From positions 132,921-196,920 of the forward strand of contig JAWKUM010000005.1 in assembly GCA_041398545.1 (NCBI GenBank): DNA of 64,000 nucleotides. Reading direction: 5' to 3'. This document shows, piece by piece, positions 10,407 to 19,661 of the stretch; positions within the stretch are counted from its first letter, which is position 1, and the number at the start of each line of letters is the position of its first letter. The DNA is from Planctomycetota bacterium. GTDB taxonomy: Bacteria; Planctomycetota; UBA1135; GCA-002748355. The translations under genes were made by a program, and so were the position numbers. The notes under the pieces were generated by a model. It saw only the letters and a program-made list of their open reading frames with translations, was not told where the DNA came from and ran no database searches.

Positions 10407-10754
10407 TCAGGAACCGCTCGCGTTCAGGAACTCGGCGTCGTCGAGCAGCAGGCTCTTGACGTGCTGCTTGCCGAGATACTCGGCGTGCTTGAAGCCGGTG
10501 CCGCCCTCACCCTTGAAGGCGTCCTTGACCCAGAACGTGTAGCCGTCGCTGACGAAGAAGTCGGCGATGGTCGCACCGAAGTTGGCCAGGGGGATGACGG
10601 GGACGATCCACAGCACGGCGTCGAGCCAGGGGCTCTCGGTGTACATCTTGGCGTCCCAGTCGTCGACGGTCCTCCGGAGCTGGTGCGGGCCGGCCATGCA
10701 GGAGCCGAGGCCCAGGAGCGCGCTCAACGAGAGCGCCGTCAGGAGCTTGCGCAT
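10407..10754 (-). CDS. small lipoprotein, DUF3332-like
   Basis: Lipobox LGLGSCMAG, followed by the pattern ..V.DW......W.D.VLWIVPVIP....ATIADFFV....FW that I recall from the DUF3332 family. The family call is from memory, not a search. Confidence 0.55.
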   Translation of the reverse strand: MRKLLTALSLSALLGLGSCMAGPHQLRRTVDDWDAKMYTESPWLDAVLWIVPVIPLANFGATIADFFVSDGYTFWVKDAFKGEGGTGFKHAEYLGKQHVKSLLLDDAEFLNASGS

Positions 10755-11014
10755 GTGTTTCCTCCGTACGGAAAGCTTGGATCCAAACCGGATGGCCGCA
10801 TGTTAGGTGGAGCAGGGGCCCGCGCAAGGAATCGCGGCCCTGCTTGCGCGGCCGAAACCCGCCTGCGACGGGACCTGCGCGCCCGTCGACCGGGCCCGTC
10901 CACCGCCGTGAGGCCCATCCGCGGCCGCGTATACGCGACCACGCGGCCACCTTTGTACCGCGAACGTCTCGCCCGCGGCGGGGCGCGGCGGCGAGCGGCG
11001 GTCGCGCGCGCCGA

Positions 11015-11335
11015 TCAATGGCGGTCGTGCCACCCGGCCATGAGCCGCTCCTGCAGCGCGGTGTCCTTGGCCTCGGCCTCGAAGACGACCGTCTCGCCGT
11101 TCGGGCCGGCCCCGATCAGGGTCTTGGTGTAAGGCAGGTGTCCGGTCTCGCGGAAGTGCGTCATGCTCGCCTCGCTGCCGAGCACGTAGATGCGCCCGTC
11201 CTTGGGGACCTCGTAGTAGTCGGCGGCCATCGTGCCCGAGCCCATGGAGCGGGACGCGCCGGCCTCCGTCGTCGAGGAGTTCTTGCAGGCCGGGAGGCAG
11301 AGGGCGAGGAGGACGAGGATGGTCGTGAGGCGCAT
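11015..11335 (-). CDS. small hypothetical lipoprotein
   Basis: Signal peptide plus lipobox (LLALCLPACK). 106 aa. AAGGA about 8 nt upstream of ATG 11335. Confidence 0.6.
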   Translation of the reverse strand: MRLTTILVLLALCLPACKNSSTTEAGASRSMGSGTMAADYYEVPKDGRIYVLGSEASMTHFRETGHLPYTKTLIGAGPNGETVVFEAEAKDTALQERLMAGWHDRH

Positions 11336-11360
11336 GATCGGGTCCTTGGCTTGCTTTTGG

Positions 11361-11375
11361 GCTGTCGTCGTGCCG
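11361..11375 (-). promoter_or_regulatory. candidate sigma-54 (-24/-12) promoter for the 11015-11335 lipoprotein gene
   Basis: The minus strand reads CGGCACG-ACGA-CAGC against consensus TGGCACG-N4-TTGC. GG and GC have correct spacing. The -12 GC lies 25 nt upstream of the ATG. Confidence 0.25.
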
Positions 11376-11476
11376 GCCCATCACAGGCAGGGTCTTGAAG
11401 CCCCCGTGAAGGGAGTTTGAAGCGACGGTGCAGACCCGCGCCCCGGCGCCCCGGCCGTCCCGGAGCGCGCCCTCCG

Positions 11477-12984
11477 TCAGCGCGGCTCGAGGAACGCGCC
11501 GCGACCGTGGCCCGCCCCGGCCGGGCGCAGGACGTAGCGGCGCTCGATCGACGCCAGCACCGGTGCGAGGTCGGGGTTGTCGGCGAGGTAGGCCCTGGCC
11601 TTGTCCGTCAGGAACACCGGCCCGTCCGCGCGCATCCGCGCGAGGATCGGGGGGATCTCCTCCTCGGCGAGGCGGAGCCACACGCTCGGGGGGTTCGAGC
11701 CGTCGCCGCGCCAGGTCAGGTGCCCAGTTGGCCAGCGGCTGCGAGGCGAGCCCCTGGTCGCGCTTCAGGTGCAGGTGCACGACGCCGTCGACGCAGAGCA
11801 CCGTCGTCCCCGCCGGCACGGTCCGCGCCAGCTCCGCAGCGACGACCCAGGGCGCGTCGGGGTTGCGGCCCCAGGCGCGGGCCTCCGCGACGCCGACGAC
11901 GGCCTGCGCGGCGGCCAGCGCGCACAGGGCCGGGCCGAGGGACCGCGGCCGGGGCGGGGCCCCGCCCGCCTCGTCGCGGGCGACGCGGTCGAGCAGGACG
12001 AGCCCGAGCGGGAGCAGGGCGAGGTAGTGCGCGCCGCGCTCGTGCACGGGCCAGAAGCCGAACAGCCCGACGTGCGCGAGCCAGCCGACGGCGAGGACGC
12101 CGAAGCGGCGTCGGTCCCGCGCGCGGACGAGCTGCACGCCGACCGCGAGCCAGTGCCCCGAAGGCCGGGAGCAGGACCTCCCCCGGCAGGTAGTCGAGCC
12201 ACCACGTGAGCCCGCGCCACTCCCAAAGGGACAGGGCGAAGGCGAGGCTCGTGTCCTGGCCGAAGGCCGCGCCGCCCGAGGCGGCCTTGACGGCCGGCTC
12301 GACGAGGAGCTTGAACAGGACCGTCGGGCCGAACAGCAGCAGGAGGCGCAGGAGCTCCGCGGCCCCGAGGGGCCGGAGCAGGCCGCCGGCCCAGTGCAGG
12401 CGGACGAGCAGGGCCAGGGCCGGGCACAGGAGCAGGAACGACGAGTGGCTCGCGTAGGCCAGCACGACCGCGGCCCCGGCCGGCAGCCAGGGCCACAGCC
12501 GCAGGCCGGCCAGCGCGCGGTCGAGGGTCCACAGCACGACCGTGGCCCAGAACAGGTGCCAGGCGTGGTTCTCGACCTGGGTCGAGAAGAACAGCACCGA
12601 CGGCGCCGTCGCCAGGAGCAGGGCCGTGGGCAGCGGGGGCCAGCGGCCGCGGAAGGTCCGGGCCGTGGCCAGCAGGTGGTAGAGCACGGCGACCGCCCCG
12701 GCCCCGGCCAGGGCCGAGAACGCGAAGCAGGCCGTGCGCGGCTCGACGCCGACGAGCCCCGCGAGCCCGACGAAGCCCCACAGGCTCGGCAGGTACGCGA
12801 GGTGGTGGTACCAGAGCTTGCCGTCGAGCACGTAGTCGACGTACGTGATCCCGTCGCCGTACGGGTGTCGCTGGAGCAGCAGCAGGTAGGCGGCGGCCAC
12901 GGCGAGCCAGAGGCCCAGCGCCCGCGCCCCGGCGGGGCGCCGGGTCGTGGTGGGGCCGGTCGGGTTCGCGGCTTCGTTTCCCAA
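11477..12984 (-). pseudogene. polytopic membrane protein (possible GT-C-type glycosyltransferase), frame-broken twice
   Basis: One protein can be followed through three frames. TTG 12984 gives ..LWLAVAAAYLLLLQRHPYGDGITYVDYV.. with about 9 TM segments. It continues as ..VGWLAHVGLFGFWPVHERGAHYLALLPLGLVLL.. (frame of ORF 10803-12137). It ends ..MWLRLAEEEIPPILARMRADGPVFLTDKARAYL.. at stop 11477. Confidence 0.5.
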
Positions 12985-12995
12985 GCGGCGCGGGC

Positions 12996-13766
12996 TCAGT
13001 CGCCCCGGTGGATGTGCCAGGGGTCGGCCTGGCAGGTCGGCATGACGAGGATGTCGTCGATGTTGACGTGGGGGGGCCGCGTCGCCGCGAACAGGATGCA
13101 CTCGGCGACGTCCTCGCCCGCGAGGGGCCGGATGTCGTCGTAGACCCGGTCGGCGCGGTCCCGGTCGCCGGAGAAGCGGACGAGGCTGAACTCGGTCTCG
13201 ACGAGGCCGGGGTCGACGCTGGTCACCCGGATGCCCTTGCCGAGGGTCTCGAGCCGCAGCGCCCGGCAGATGGCCTCGAGGCCGCGTTTGGTCGCGCAGT
13301 AGATCGAGCCCTTGGCGTACGGCAGGCGGCCCGCGACCGAGCCGACCATGACGACGTGGCCCGAGCCCCGCTCGAGCATCGCCGGGAGCAGGGCCTGGGT
13401 CACGTGGAGCACGCCGAAGACGTTGGTCTCGACCATCTCGCGCCACGCCGTGCCCTCGGCGTCGGCGATGGTCTCGACCCCACGGGCCAGGCCGGCGTTG
13501 TTGACGAGGACGTCGGGGACGCCGAGCGCGGCGCGCATCGCCCCGACGAAGGCCTGCACCGACCCGCGGTCGGTGACGTCGAGCGCCGCGTGGAACGTCC
13601 GAGGCGCCCCGGCCGCGGCGAGCTCGGGCACGAGCTCGGCGAGCCGGTCGGCGCGGCGGGCGCCGACGGCGACCTCGAAGCCCTCGCGGGCGAAGGCCAA
13701 GGCCGCGGCCCGTCCGATCCCGGACGAGGCCCCGGTCACGAGCACCGACCTGGAGCGATCGCTCAT
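12996..13766 (-). CDS. short-chain dehydrogenase/reductase (YdfG-like NADP-dependent)
   Basis: TGASSGIGRA (TGxxxGxG), NNAG, catalytic S...YCATK. 256 aa, intact. Confidence 0.9.
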   Translation of the reverse strand: MSDRSRSVLVTGASSGIGRAAALAFAREGFEVAVGARRADRLAELVPELAAAGAPRTFHAALDVTDRGSVQAFVGAMRAALGVPDVLVNNAGLARGVETIADAEGTAWREMVETNVFGVLHVTQALLPAMLERGSGHVVMVGSVAGRLPYAKGSIYCATKRGLEAICRALRLETLGKGIRVTSVDPGLVETEFSLVRFSGDRDRADRVYDDIRPLAGEDVAECILFAATRPPHVNIDDILVMPTCQADPWHIHRGD

Positions 13767-13852
13767 GGCGTCTTTGTACCTCCGGTCCCCCGGCAGGGCA
13801 GCCCAAACCCGAGGCCCTTGCCCGCCTCGCCGGGCCGGGGGATCCTGGGCGC

Positions 13853-14911
13853 GTGGCCGCCCTCGCGATCCTCGCCCTGCTCGCCTCCCTGCAGGGGCCG
13901 GTGCCGGTGCTCCGGCCCGCGCCGCTGATCCGACCCGCGCGGCCGGTCGTCGCGCCGGAGGCCGGCTTCCACCGCGGGGTCTGCTGGGTCGGCGGCGACG
14001 AGGAGACCGAGCTGCGCCGCCTGCGCGAGCTCGGCGTGGACTGGATCTCGGTCACCCCGTTCGGGTACGGCCACCCCGGCCGCGGCCTCGTGCCGGAGAG
14101 CTACCGGGCGAGCCGGCACCGCGGCGAGAGCCTCGACGACGTGCGCCGGGTCACGCGCAGGGCGCGGGCCCTCGGCCTCAAGGTCATGATCAAGCCGCAC
14201 CTGTGGGTGTTCCACCGCGACGGGTTCTGGCGCGGCGAGATCACGTATCAGCGCGACGAGGACTGGCAGGCGTGGTTCCACGCCTACGGGACCTTCCTCG
14301 AGCCCTTCGTGCGGATGGCGGCCGAGGAGGGGGCCGAGGCCTTCTGCGTCGGCACCGAGCTCGCGGGCACGGTCGGCCAGGTCGAGCGCTGGACCGGCAT
14401 GATCCGCCGGATCCGGGCCATCTATCCCGGCCGGCTGACCTACGCGGCCAACTGGTACAAGGAGTTCGAGGAGGTCGGGTTCTGGGGTGAGCTCGACTGG
14501 GTCGGCGTGCAGGGCTACTTCCCCCTCGTCGACTTCGACGACCGCAACCCGAGCCACGCCGAGCTCGTCGCCGGGTGGCGGCCCTGGCTCGACAAGCTCG
14601 ACGCGCTCAGCAAGCGGGTCGGGCGGAAGGTCCTGTTCACCGAGATCGGCTACAAGCCGGTCACCGGGACGACGCACAAGCCCTGGGAGTGGCGGAGCGG
14701 CAGCCCCTTCGACGCCGACGCCCAGGCCGAGGCCTGGGGCGGGTTCTTCGACGCGATCCGCGGCCGGGACAGCATCTCCGGCAGCTACGTGTGGAAGTGG
14801 TTCGCCCACGTGGGCGGGCGCGGCTGGCGCAACTCCAAGGAGTTCACGCCCCAGGGCCTGCCGGCCGAGCGCGTCATCGCCGAGCGCTACAAGGCGCTCG
14901 GCGGGCGCTGA
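13853..14911 (+). CDS. secreted TIM-barrel glycoside hydrolase-like protein (clan GH-A-like)
   Basis: GTG start, N-terminal signal-like segment. Candidate acid/base and nucleophile glutamates in CVGTELAG and LFTEIGYK. W/Y-rich barrel signature. Confidence 0.6.
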   Translation: MAALAILALLASLQGPVPVLRPAPLIRPARPVVAPEAGFHRGVCWVGGDEETELRRLRELGVDWISVTPFGYGHPGRGLVPESYRASRHRGESLDDVRRVTRRARALGLKVMIKPHLWVFHRDGFWRGEITYQRDEDWQAWFHAYGTFLEPFVRMAAEEGAEAFCVGTELAGTVGQVERWTGMIRRIRAIYPGRLTYAANWYKEFEEVGFWGELDWVGVQGYFPLVDFDDRNPSHAELVAGWRPWLDKLDALSKRVGRKVLFTEIGYKPVTGTTHKPWEWRSGSPFDADAQAEAWGGFFDAIRGRDSISGSYVWKWFAHVGGRGWRNSKEFTPQGLPAERVIAERYKALGGR

Positions 14912-16251
14912 CGCCGGCGTCGCCGCCGGCGCCGGGCGCGGCTCGGTTGCCGCGCAGCTTCGAGCCGCTCGATCGCGCTCGCGACGGCCTTGCCGGTCTT
15001 CTTGCCGCCGGTCCCGGCCGCCGCGGGCTCGCCGCCCTGGGGCTCGGCCGCCACGGCGACCTGGGGCCGCGTCCGACGGGCCTGGGCCTGGGCCGGGGCC
15101 TGGGCCTGGGCCGGCGCCGCGACCGAGAGCTCCTGCATGGCGCCGAGGATCCGCGCCACGCTCGCCTGCAGCTCGGACAGCACGCGGGCGTCCCCGTCGC
15201 CGGCCGGCTGCTCCGCGAGGCGCGCCGTGGCCTGCTCGACCTTGCCGCCGAGCTCGGCGAAGAGCTCGTCGATCCGGGCCCTGAGCCCGGCCTCGAGCGC
15301 CTCGATCCGGCCGCCGAGGTCCTTGTTGCCGCCGAGGCCCTTGACCTCCGTGCCGATCTCGTCGAGGTGGGTGTCGAGCCTGGCCAGGAGCTCCTTCTTG
15401 ACCTTGTCGCTCTTGGTCAGGAGCTCGTCGGTCTCGGTCAGCTGGCGCTCGACGAGGCTCTCCCACTTCTTCTCGAAGTTGACGGCGGCCTCGCTCTGCG
15501 TCTTGCCGAGCAGCTCGAAGTCCTCGTGGAGGCGCTTGAAGCCCGTGCCGAGCTGCTTGATGGGCTCGTGCATGTCCGAGATCTGGCCGTGGATGTCGAT
15601 GACCGGCTTGTTGAGCAGGCGCATGGCCTTGGTCAGGTTGGCCAGCATCGACTCGACCTTCTGGAACATCATCGCGACCTTGGCGAAGGCGTCGGCCTCG
15701 TTCGTCGCGGCGAACTCGCGCTGCTGGCCCATCTTCTCGTCGAGGAGGGCCTGGAGCTCGCGGTGGACCTTGCTCTGCTCCTTCTCGAAGGCGAGGAGCA
15801 GCTTGTGGCTGGAGCTCTGCATGACGCCGCGCTGGGCCATGGCCAGGGTCGTCAGCAGCACGCCCGAGACGAGCAGGAGGGCCGGGGTGATGCCCAGGTT
15901 CGCGAGCGAGGCCAGCGCCAGGGCGAACGGGGACATCGCGTGCCACGCGCCGAGCCCCATCCCGGAGGCGATGAGCAGCATGCCGATGACCAGGGGCAGG
16001 CGGGGGGGGCTGGCGGCCTTGCGGCGCCGCTCGTGGCGGGGGGCGTCGCTCATGGCGCCCTCGGCCCCGTCCCAGGCGCCCTCCTCGTCCTCGCCGGGCT
16101 CGTCGTACCCCTCGTCCCCCTCGTAGCCCCCCTCCTCCTCGGCAGGAGGCTCCTGGGGCCGCGCCTGCGACTCGGGGTTCAGGGACTCGATGTCGTCGAG
16201 GAAGGAGTGCAGCTCCGGCTCTCTCCGATCCAGTTCTTCGGCCATGGCCAT
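14887..16251 (-). CDS. membrane-anchored coiled-coil protein, function unknown
   Basis: ATG 16251 (MAMAEELD..). Acidic N-terminus, 2-3 TM segments (PLVIGMLLIASGMGLGAW.., ..ITPALLLVSGVLLTTLAMA), then ~250 aa rich in K/E/Q/L, then an AQAQAPAQAQA repeat. The opposite strand shows the typical antisense composition. Confidence 0.6.
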   Translation of the reverse strand: MAMAEELDRREPELHSFLDDIESLNPESQARPQEPPAEEEGGYEGDEGYDEPGEDEEGAWDGAEGAMSDAPRHERRRKAASPPRLPLVIGMLLIASGMGLGAWHAMSPFALALASLANLGITPALLLVSGVLLTTLAMAQRGVMQSSSHKLLLAFEKEQSKVHRELQALLDEKMGQQREFAATNEADAFAKVAMMFQKVESMLANLTKAMRLLNKPVIDIHGQISDMHEPIKQLGTGFKRLHEDFELLGKTQSEAAVNFEKKWESLVERQLTETDELLTKSDKVKKELLARLDTHLDEIGTEVKGLGGNKDLGGRIEALEAGLRARIDELFAELGGKVEQATARLAEQPAGDGDARVLSELQASVARILGAMQELSVAAPAQAQAPAQAQARRTRPQVAVAAEPQGGEPAAAGTGGKKTGKAVASAIERLEAARQPSRARRRRRRRRQRPPSAL

Positions 16252-16342
16252 GCTCTCCGGGTCCGGCACCGGGCCGGAATGGGCGTCAGGTTGAGGCAAG
16301 CGGACGCGTTCTCTATCGGGGCTTCGGCTCCCGCCCCTGAAC

Positions 16343-16358
16343 AGGAGCGCCCCTTGCA
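16343..16358 (+). promoter_or_regulatory. candidate sigma-54 (-24/-12) promoter upstream of ptsI
   Basis: AGGAGCG-CCCC-TTGCA against TGGCACG-N4-TTGCW. GG/GC spacing is exact and the -12 element is perfect. Lies about 140 nt upstream of ATG 16497. Confidence 0.2.
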
Positions 16359-16496
16359 ATCCCGGGGGCTTCGGGCTTTCCTGGTTCGCCCTTTCCGTCG
16401 GCTCGCCGGCATCGGGACTTGGCGGCCGGGAGGGCCGCCCCCGGGAGGAGGCCTCCCGACCCCGCGGCCAGGCCGGCGGAGAGCACGGATCCCCAG

Positions 16497-18230
16497 ATGT
16501 CCAAGGAGATCACCGCCACCACCGCGTCCCCCGGGATCGCCATCGGCCAGGTCCTGCACCTGCGCAGCTCGGGCGAGTTCGTCCCGACCCGCAAGATCCT
16601 CGAGCAGGACGTCGTCGCCGAGCTCGAGCGGTTCCGCGGCGCCATGGGGCGGGCCAAGGACGCGCTCCTCGGCCTGATCGAGCGGCTCGCGGCCAAGATC
16701 GCCAGCCGCGACACGGACATCTACCGGGCCCAGGTCGCCCTCCTCGAGGACCCCGGCTTCGTCCGCGACGTCGAGGCCCTGATCGCCGACGACCGCATCA
16801 ACGCCGAGGTCGCCCTCCAGCGCGTCGTGGCCAAGTACGAGGAGGCCTTCGAGTCGATCGACAACGCCGCCATCCGGCAGCGGGCCAGCGACATCCGCGA
16901 CGTCGGCCGGCAGGTGCTCCAGGTCCTGCTGCAGCGCGAGCAGGAGGCCCTCCAGAGCAAGGACGAGGGCGTCATCCTCGCCGTCGACGAGTTCCTGCCG
17001 TCCGACATCGGCAAGATCGACACCGACAAGGTCGTCGGGATCCTGATGGGGGAGGGCGGCCGCTACAGCCACGGGGCCATCCTGGCCAAGTCGCTCGGCA
17101 TCCCCTGCCTCGTCGGGCTCGAGCGCAACCTGCGCAAGGTCCCCGCCGGGACCCCGGTCATCCTCGACGGCGACGGCGGCAAGCTCGTCATCGACCCCGA
17201 GGAGGAGGAGCTCGAGCTCTTCACCGAGCGCAAGAAGGAGCGCACCGAGGCCGACAATCGCGTCTGGGAGCTCCGGCTGTCGCCGTCGGTCACGCTCGAC
17301 GAGGAGCGCATCCGGCTCTACGCCAACCTCGAGGGCCTGCGCGACCTGGACATGGTCGGCGAGGGCATCTTCGAGGGCGTCGGCCTGTTCCGGACCGAGT
17401 TCGTGTTCATGGAGCGGCTGCAGTTCCCGTCGGAGGAGGAGCAGCTCGTCCTGTACCGGACCGTGCTCGAGAAGGTCGGCGGCAAGCGCGTGACGTTCCG
17501 CACGCTCGACATCGGCGGCGACAAGCCGCTGACCTACTTCCGCACGCCCAAGGAGCGCAACCCCGTCCTCGGCTGGCGCGGGATCCGGGTCACGCTGCAG
17601 TGGCAGGACCTGTTCTACACGCAGATCCGCGCCCTCGTCCGGGCCAGCTCGGCCGGCCCGGTGTCGATCCTGCTGCCGATGGTCACGACGATCGAGGAGC
17701 TGCGCAAGGCGCGCCGGATCGTGCACGAGGTCGTCGACGACCTCCGGGCCAAGGGCGAGCCGATCGCCAAGGACATCCGCTTCGGGGTCATGATCGAGGT
17801 CCCCGGCCTCGCGATGGTCCTCCCGGCCGTGTTCAACGAGGTCGACTTCATCTCGGTCGGCTCCAACGACCTCGTCCAGTACCTGCTCGCCGTCGACCGC
17901 GACAACCAGCGGGTCTCGGGCCTCTACGACCCGTTCCACCCCGGCGTGCTCGCGTTCCTGGCCCAGATCGCCCAGCTGGCCCGCGAGGCCGGCAAGTCGT
18001 GCGCGATCTGCGGCGAGGTCGCCGGCGACAGCCAGCTCGTGCCGCTCCTGCTCGGCATGGGCTTCCGGCAGTTCAGCATGGCGCCGGTCTTCCTGCCGCG
18101 GATCAAGCTCGCCGCGCGCTCGGTCTCGGTGAAGGAGTGCGAGGAGCTGTTCGCCTCGGTCTCGACCCTCGCGACCGCGGAAGAGGTCTACGAAGCCGTG
18201 CGCGCGTGGACCCGCAAGCGCAAGATGTAG
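16497..18230 (+). CDS. ptsI: phosphoenolpyruvate-protein phosphotransferase (PTS Enzyme I)
   Basis: 577 aa. Phospho-histidine region GGRYSHGAILAKSLGIPCLVG, PEP-binding TIM barrel with FRTLDIGGDK and SVGSNDLVQY. No N-terminal GAF domain, so EI rather than PtsP. Confidence 0.9.
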   Translation: MSKEITATTASPGIAIGQVLHLRSSGEFVPTRKILEQDVVAELERFRGAMGRAKDALLGLIERLAAKIASRDTDIYRAQVALLEDPGFVRDVEALIADDRINAEVALQRVVAKYEEAFESIDNAAIRQRASDIRDVGRQVLQVLLQREQEALQSKDEGVILAVDEFLPSDIGKIDTDKVVGILMGEGGRYSHGAILAKSLGIPCLVGLERNLRKVPAGTPVILDGDGGKLVIDPEEEELELFTERKKERTEADNRVWELRLSPSVTLDEERIRLYANLEGLRDLDMVGEGIFEGVGLFRTEFVFMERLQFPSEEEQLVLYRTVLEKVGGKRVTFRTLDIGGDKPLTYFRTPKERNPVLGWRGIRVTLQWQDLFYTQIRALVRASSAGPVSILLPMVTTIEELRKARRIVHEVVDDLRAKGEPIAKDIRFGVMIEVPGLAMVLPAVFNEVDFISVGSNDLVQYLLAVDRDNQRVSGLYDPFHPGVLAFLAQIAQLAREAGKSCAICGEVAGDSQLVPLLLGMGFRQFSMAPVFLPRIKLAARSVSVKECEELFASVSTLATAEEVYEAVRAWTRKRKM

Positions 18231-18288
18231 GGACCGTCACGGGGACCGGGGGGGACCCGCGGGCGGCGACGCGGCCGGGAGGGTCGGG

Positions 18289-19005
18289 ATGCGCAAGCGC
18301 GGCAACTGGTCGGTGGAGGAGCTGGGCCGGCTCAGGGCCGGCTACGGCCGCAAGCCGGTGTCGCAGCTCGCGCGCGAGCTCAACCGCACGCCGGAGGCCG
18401 TCCTCGACCGCGCGCACCGGCTGTACCCCGACGCGCCGCGGCCGGGTGCCCTGACCCGGGGCGAGGAGGCCACGCTGCGCCTCATGGTCGGCGTCGCCGA
18501 CCTCGCGACGATGGCCCGGATCCTGCGCCGCGCCGAGGCCGCCGTCGTCGCCGTGCTCGAGGACTGGGCCGGCCGCCGCCGCGGCGGACGGTTCCAGCCG
18601 TGGGAGCTCCGGCACCTCCGCGCGTGCTGGGCGACGCGCCCGGACTGGGCCCTCGCCCTCGTCCTCGGCAGGGACGACGAGGCCCTGCGCGCCAAGGCGC
18701 GCGAGCTCTGCCTCGGCAAGAGCAAGACGCTCGAGTCGGTGCCGCTGCCGGGCTTCGAGCGCGTCGTCGTCCTGCACCCGCAGCCGCCGCTGCGGATGCC
18801 CCGGTGGACCGGCGTCGAGCTCGACCGCCTCGTGGCCCTCTACCCGTACCGGAGCAACCTCGAGATCGCCCGCGAGCTCGACCGGAGCGTCAAGAGCGTC
18901 GTGGCCAAGGCCGCGGAGCTGGGCCTGCGCAAGTCCAGGCGCCGCCTGCGCGAGATGGGGCGGGAGAACGTCAGCCTGCGCCGCCGGCGCCGCGGCGGGG
19001 CCTGA
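18289..19005 (+). CDS. protein built of four GcrA-N/Myb-SANT-like helix-turn-helix repeats
   Basis: Four ~45-55 aa repeats of W-[ST]-x-x-E-L..L......(I/L)A(R/L)EL.R(S/T)..AV..(K/R)A..L. Examples: WSVEELGRLRAGYGRKPVSQLARELNRTPEAVLDRAHRL and WTGVELDRLVALYPYRSNLEIARELDRSVKSVVAKAAELGL. Confidence 0.6.
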   Translation: MRKRGNWSVEELGRLRAGYGRKPVSQLARELNRTPEAVLDRAHRLYPDAPRPGALTRGEEATLRLMVGVADLATMARILRRAEAAVVAVLEDWAGRRRGGRFQPWELRHLRACWATRPDWALALVLGRDDEALRAKARELCLGKSKTLESVPLPGFERVVVLHPQPPLRMPRWTGVELDRLVALYPYRSNLEIARELDRSVKSVVAKAAELGLRKSRRRLREMGRENVSLRRRRRGGA

Positions 19006-19183
19006 CGCCCCGCTGCCGACGGGCCTTCGGGGCCGGCGCCCGGGGCGCGGCCCGCGGGCCCCCGGTCCAGGCCCCAGTTCGGCTCAACCTGCCATCCAGG
19101 GGCGTCGATAGGGATGCCGACGACCGCCGCGGACCGCTCCCCGTCGGGACGTCCGCTGCTCACCTTCTGATCCAGGTGTGGAT

Positions 19184-19573
19184 ATGGACATCGTCGGAAA
19201 GAAAAGCCAGGGCCTCTCCGTGACCTGCCTCGAGAAGGACAAGGTCGTCGTCCTGTCCTTCAACGACAGGAGCCTGAACTTCTATGTCACCGACGCCTTG
19301 AAGGAGAACCTCAAGGAGCTGATCGGCGGCAAGATCGACGACGGCTATCGGCACTTCGTGCTGAACATGGAGAACGTCAAGATCATCGACTCCTGCGGGG
19401 TCGGCCTCGTCATCGCGGCCAACAACCTGACCTCGGCCCGGTCGTCGAAGCTGTACTTGACGAACATCAAGCCGTTCATCATCAAGATCTTCGACATCAT
19501 GCGGATCTCGAAGCACCTGAACGTGTTCGAGACCGAGGACGAGGCCCTGCAGGCCATCCAGGGCAACGGCTGA
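19184..19573 (+). CDS. STAS-domain anti-sigma-factor antagonist (SpoIIAA/RsbV-like)
   Basis: Single STAS domain with the phosphorylatable-serine context (VKIIDSCGVGL). ATG 19184 preferred over GTG 19178 (AGGTG upstream). Confidence 0.8.
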   Translation: MDIVGKKSQGLSVTCLEKDKVVVLSFNDRSLNFYVTDALKENLKELIGGKIDDGYRHFVLNMENVKIIDSCGVGLVIAANNLTSARSSKLYLTNIKPFIIKIFDIMRISKHLNVFETEDEALQAIQGNG

Positions 19574-19661
19574 GCCGTCCCCTGACGCCCACGACGAGCC
19601 CCGCGGCCCTCGCGCCGGGCTCGCACGGGGCCTGGCCGGAGAGCCGCCTCCCTGCCGGATC

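Noticed and set aside
19178-19573. Locally lower GC of the STAS gene as a sign of horizontal transfer
   Set aside because: The lower GC comes from K/N/I/F-rich amino-acid content. Third codon positions are still G/C (AAG, AAC, ATC, TTC), matching host codon usage.
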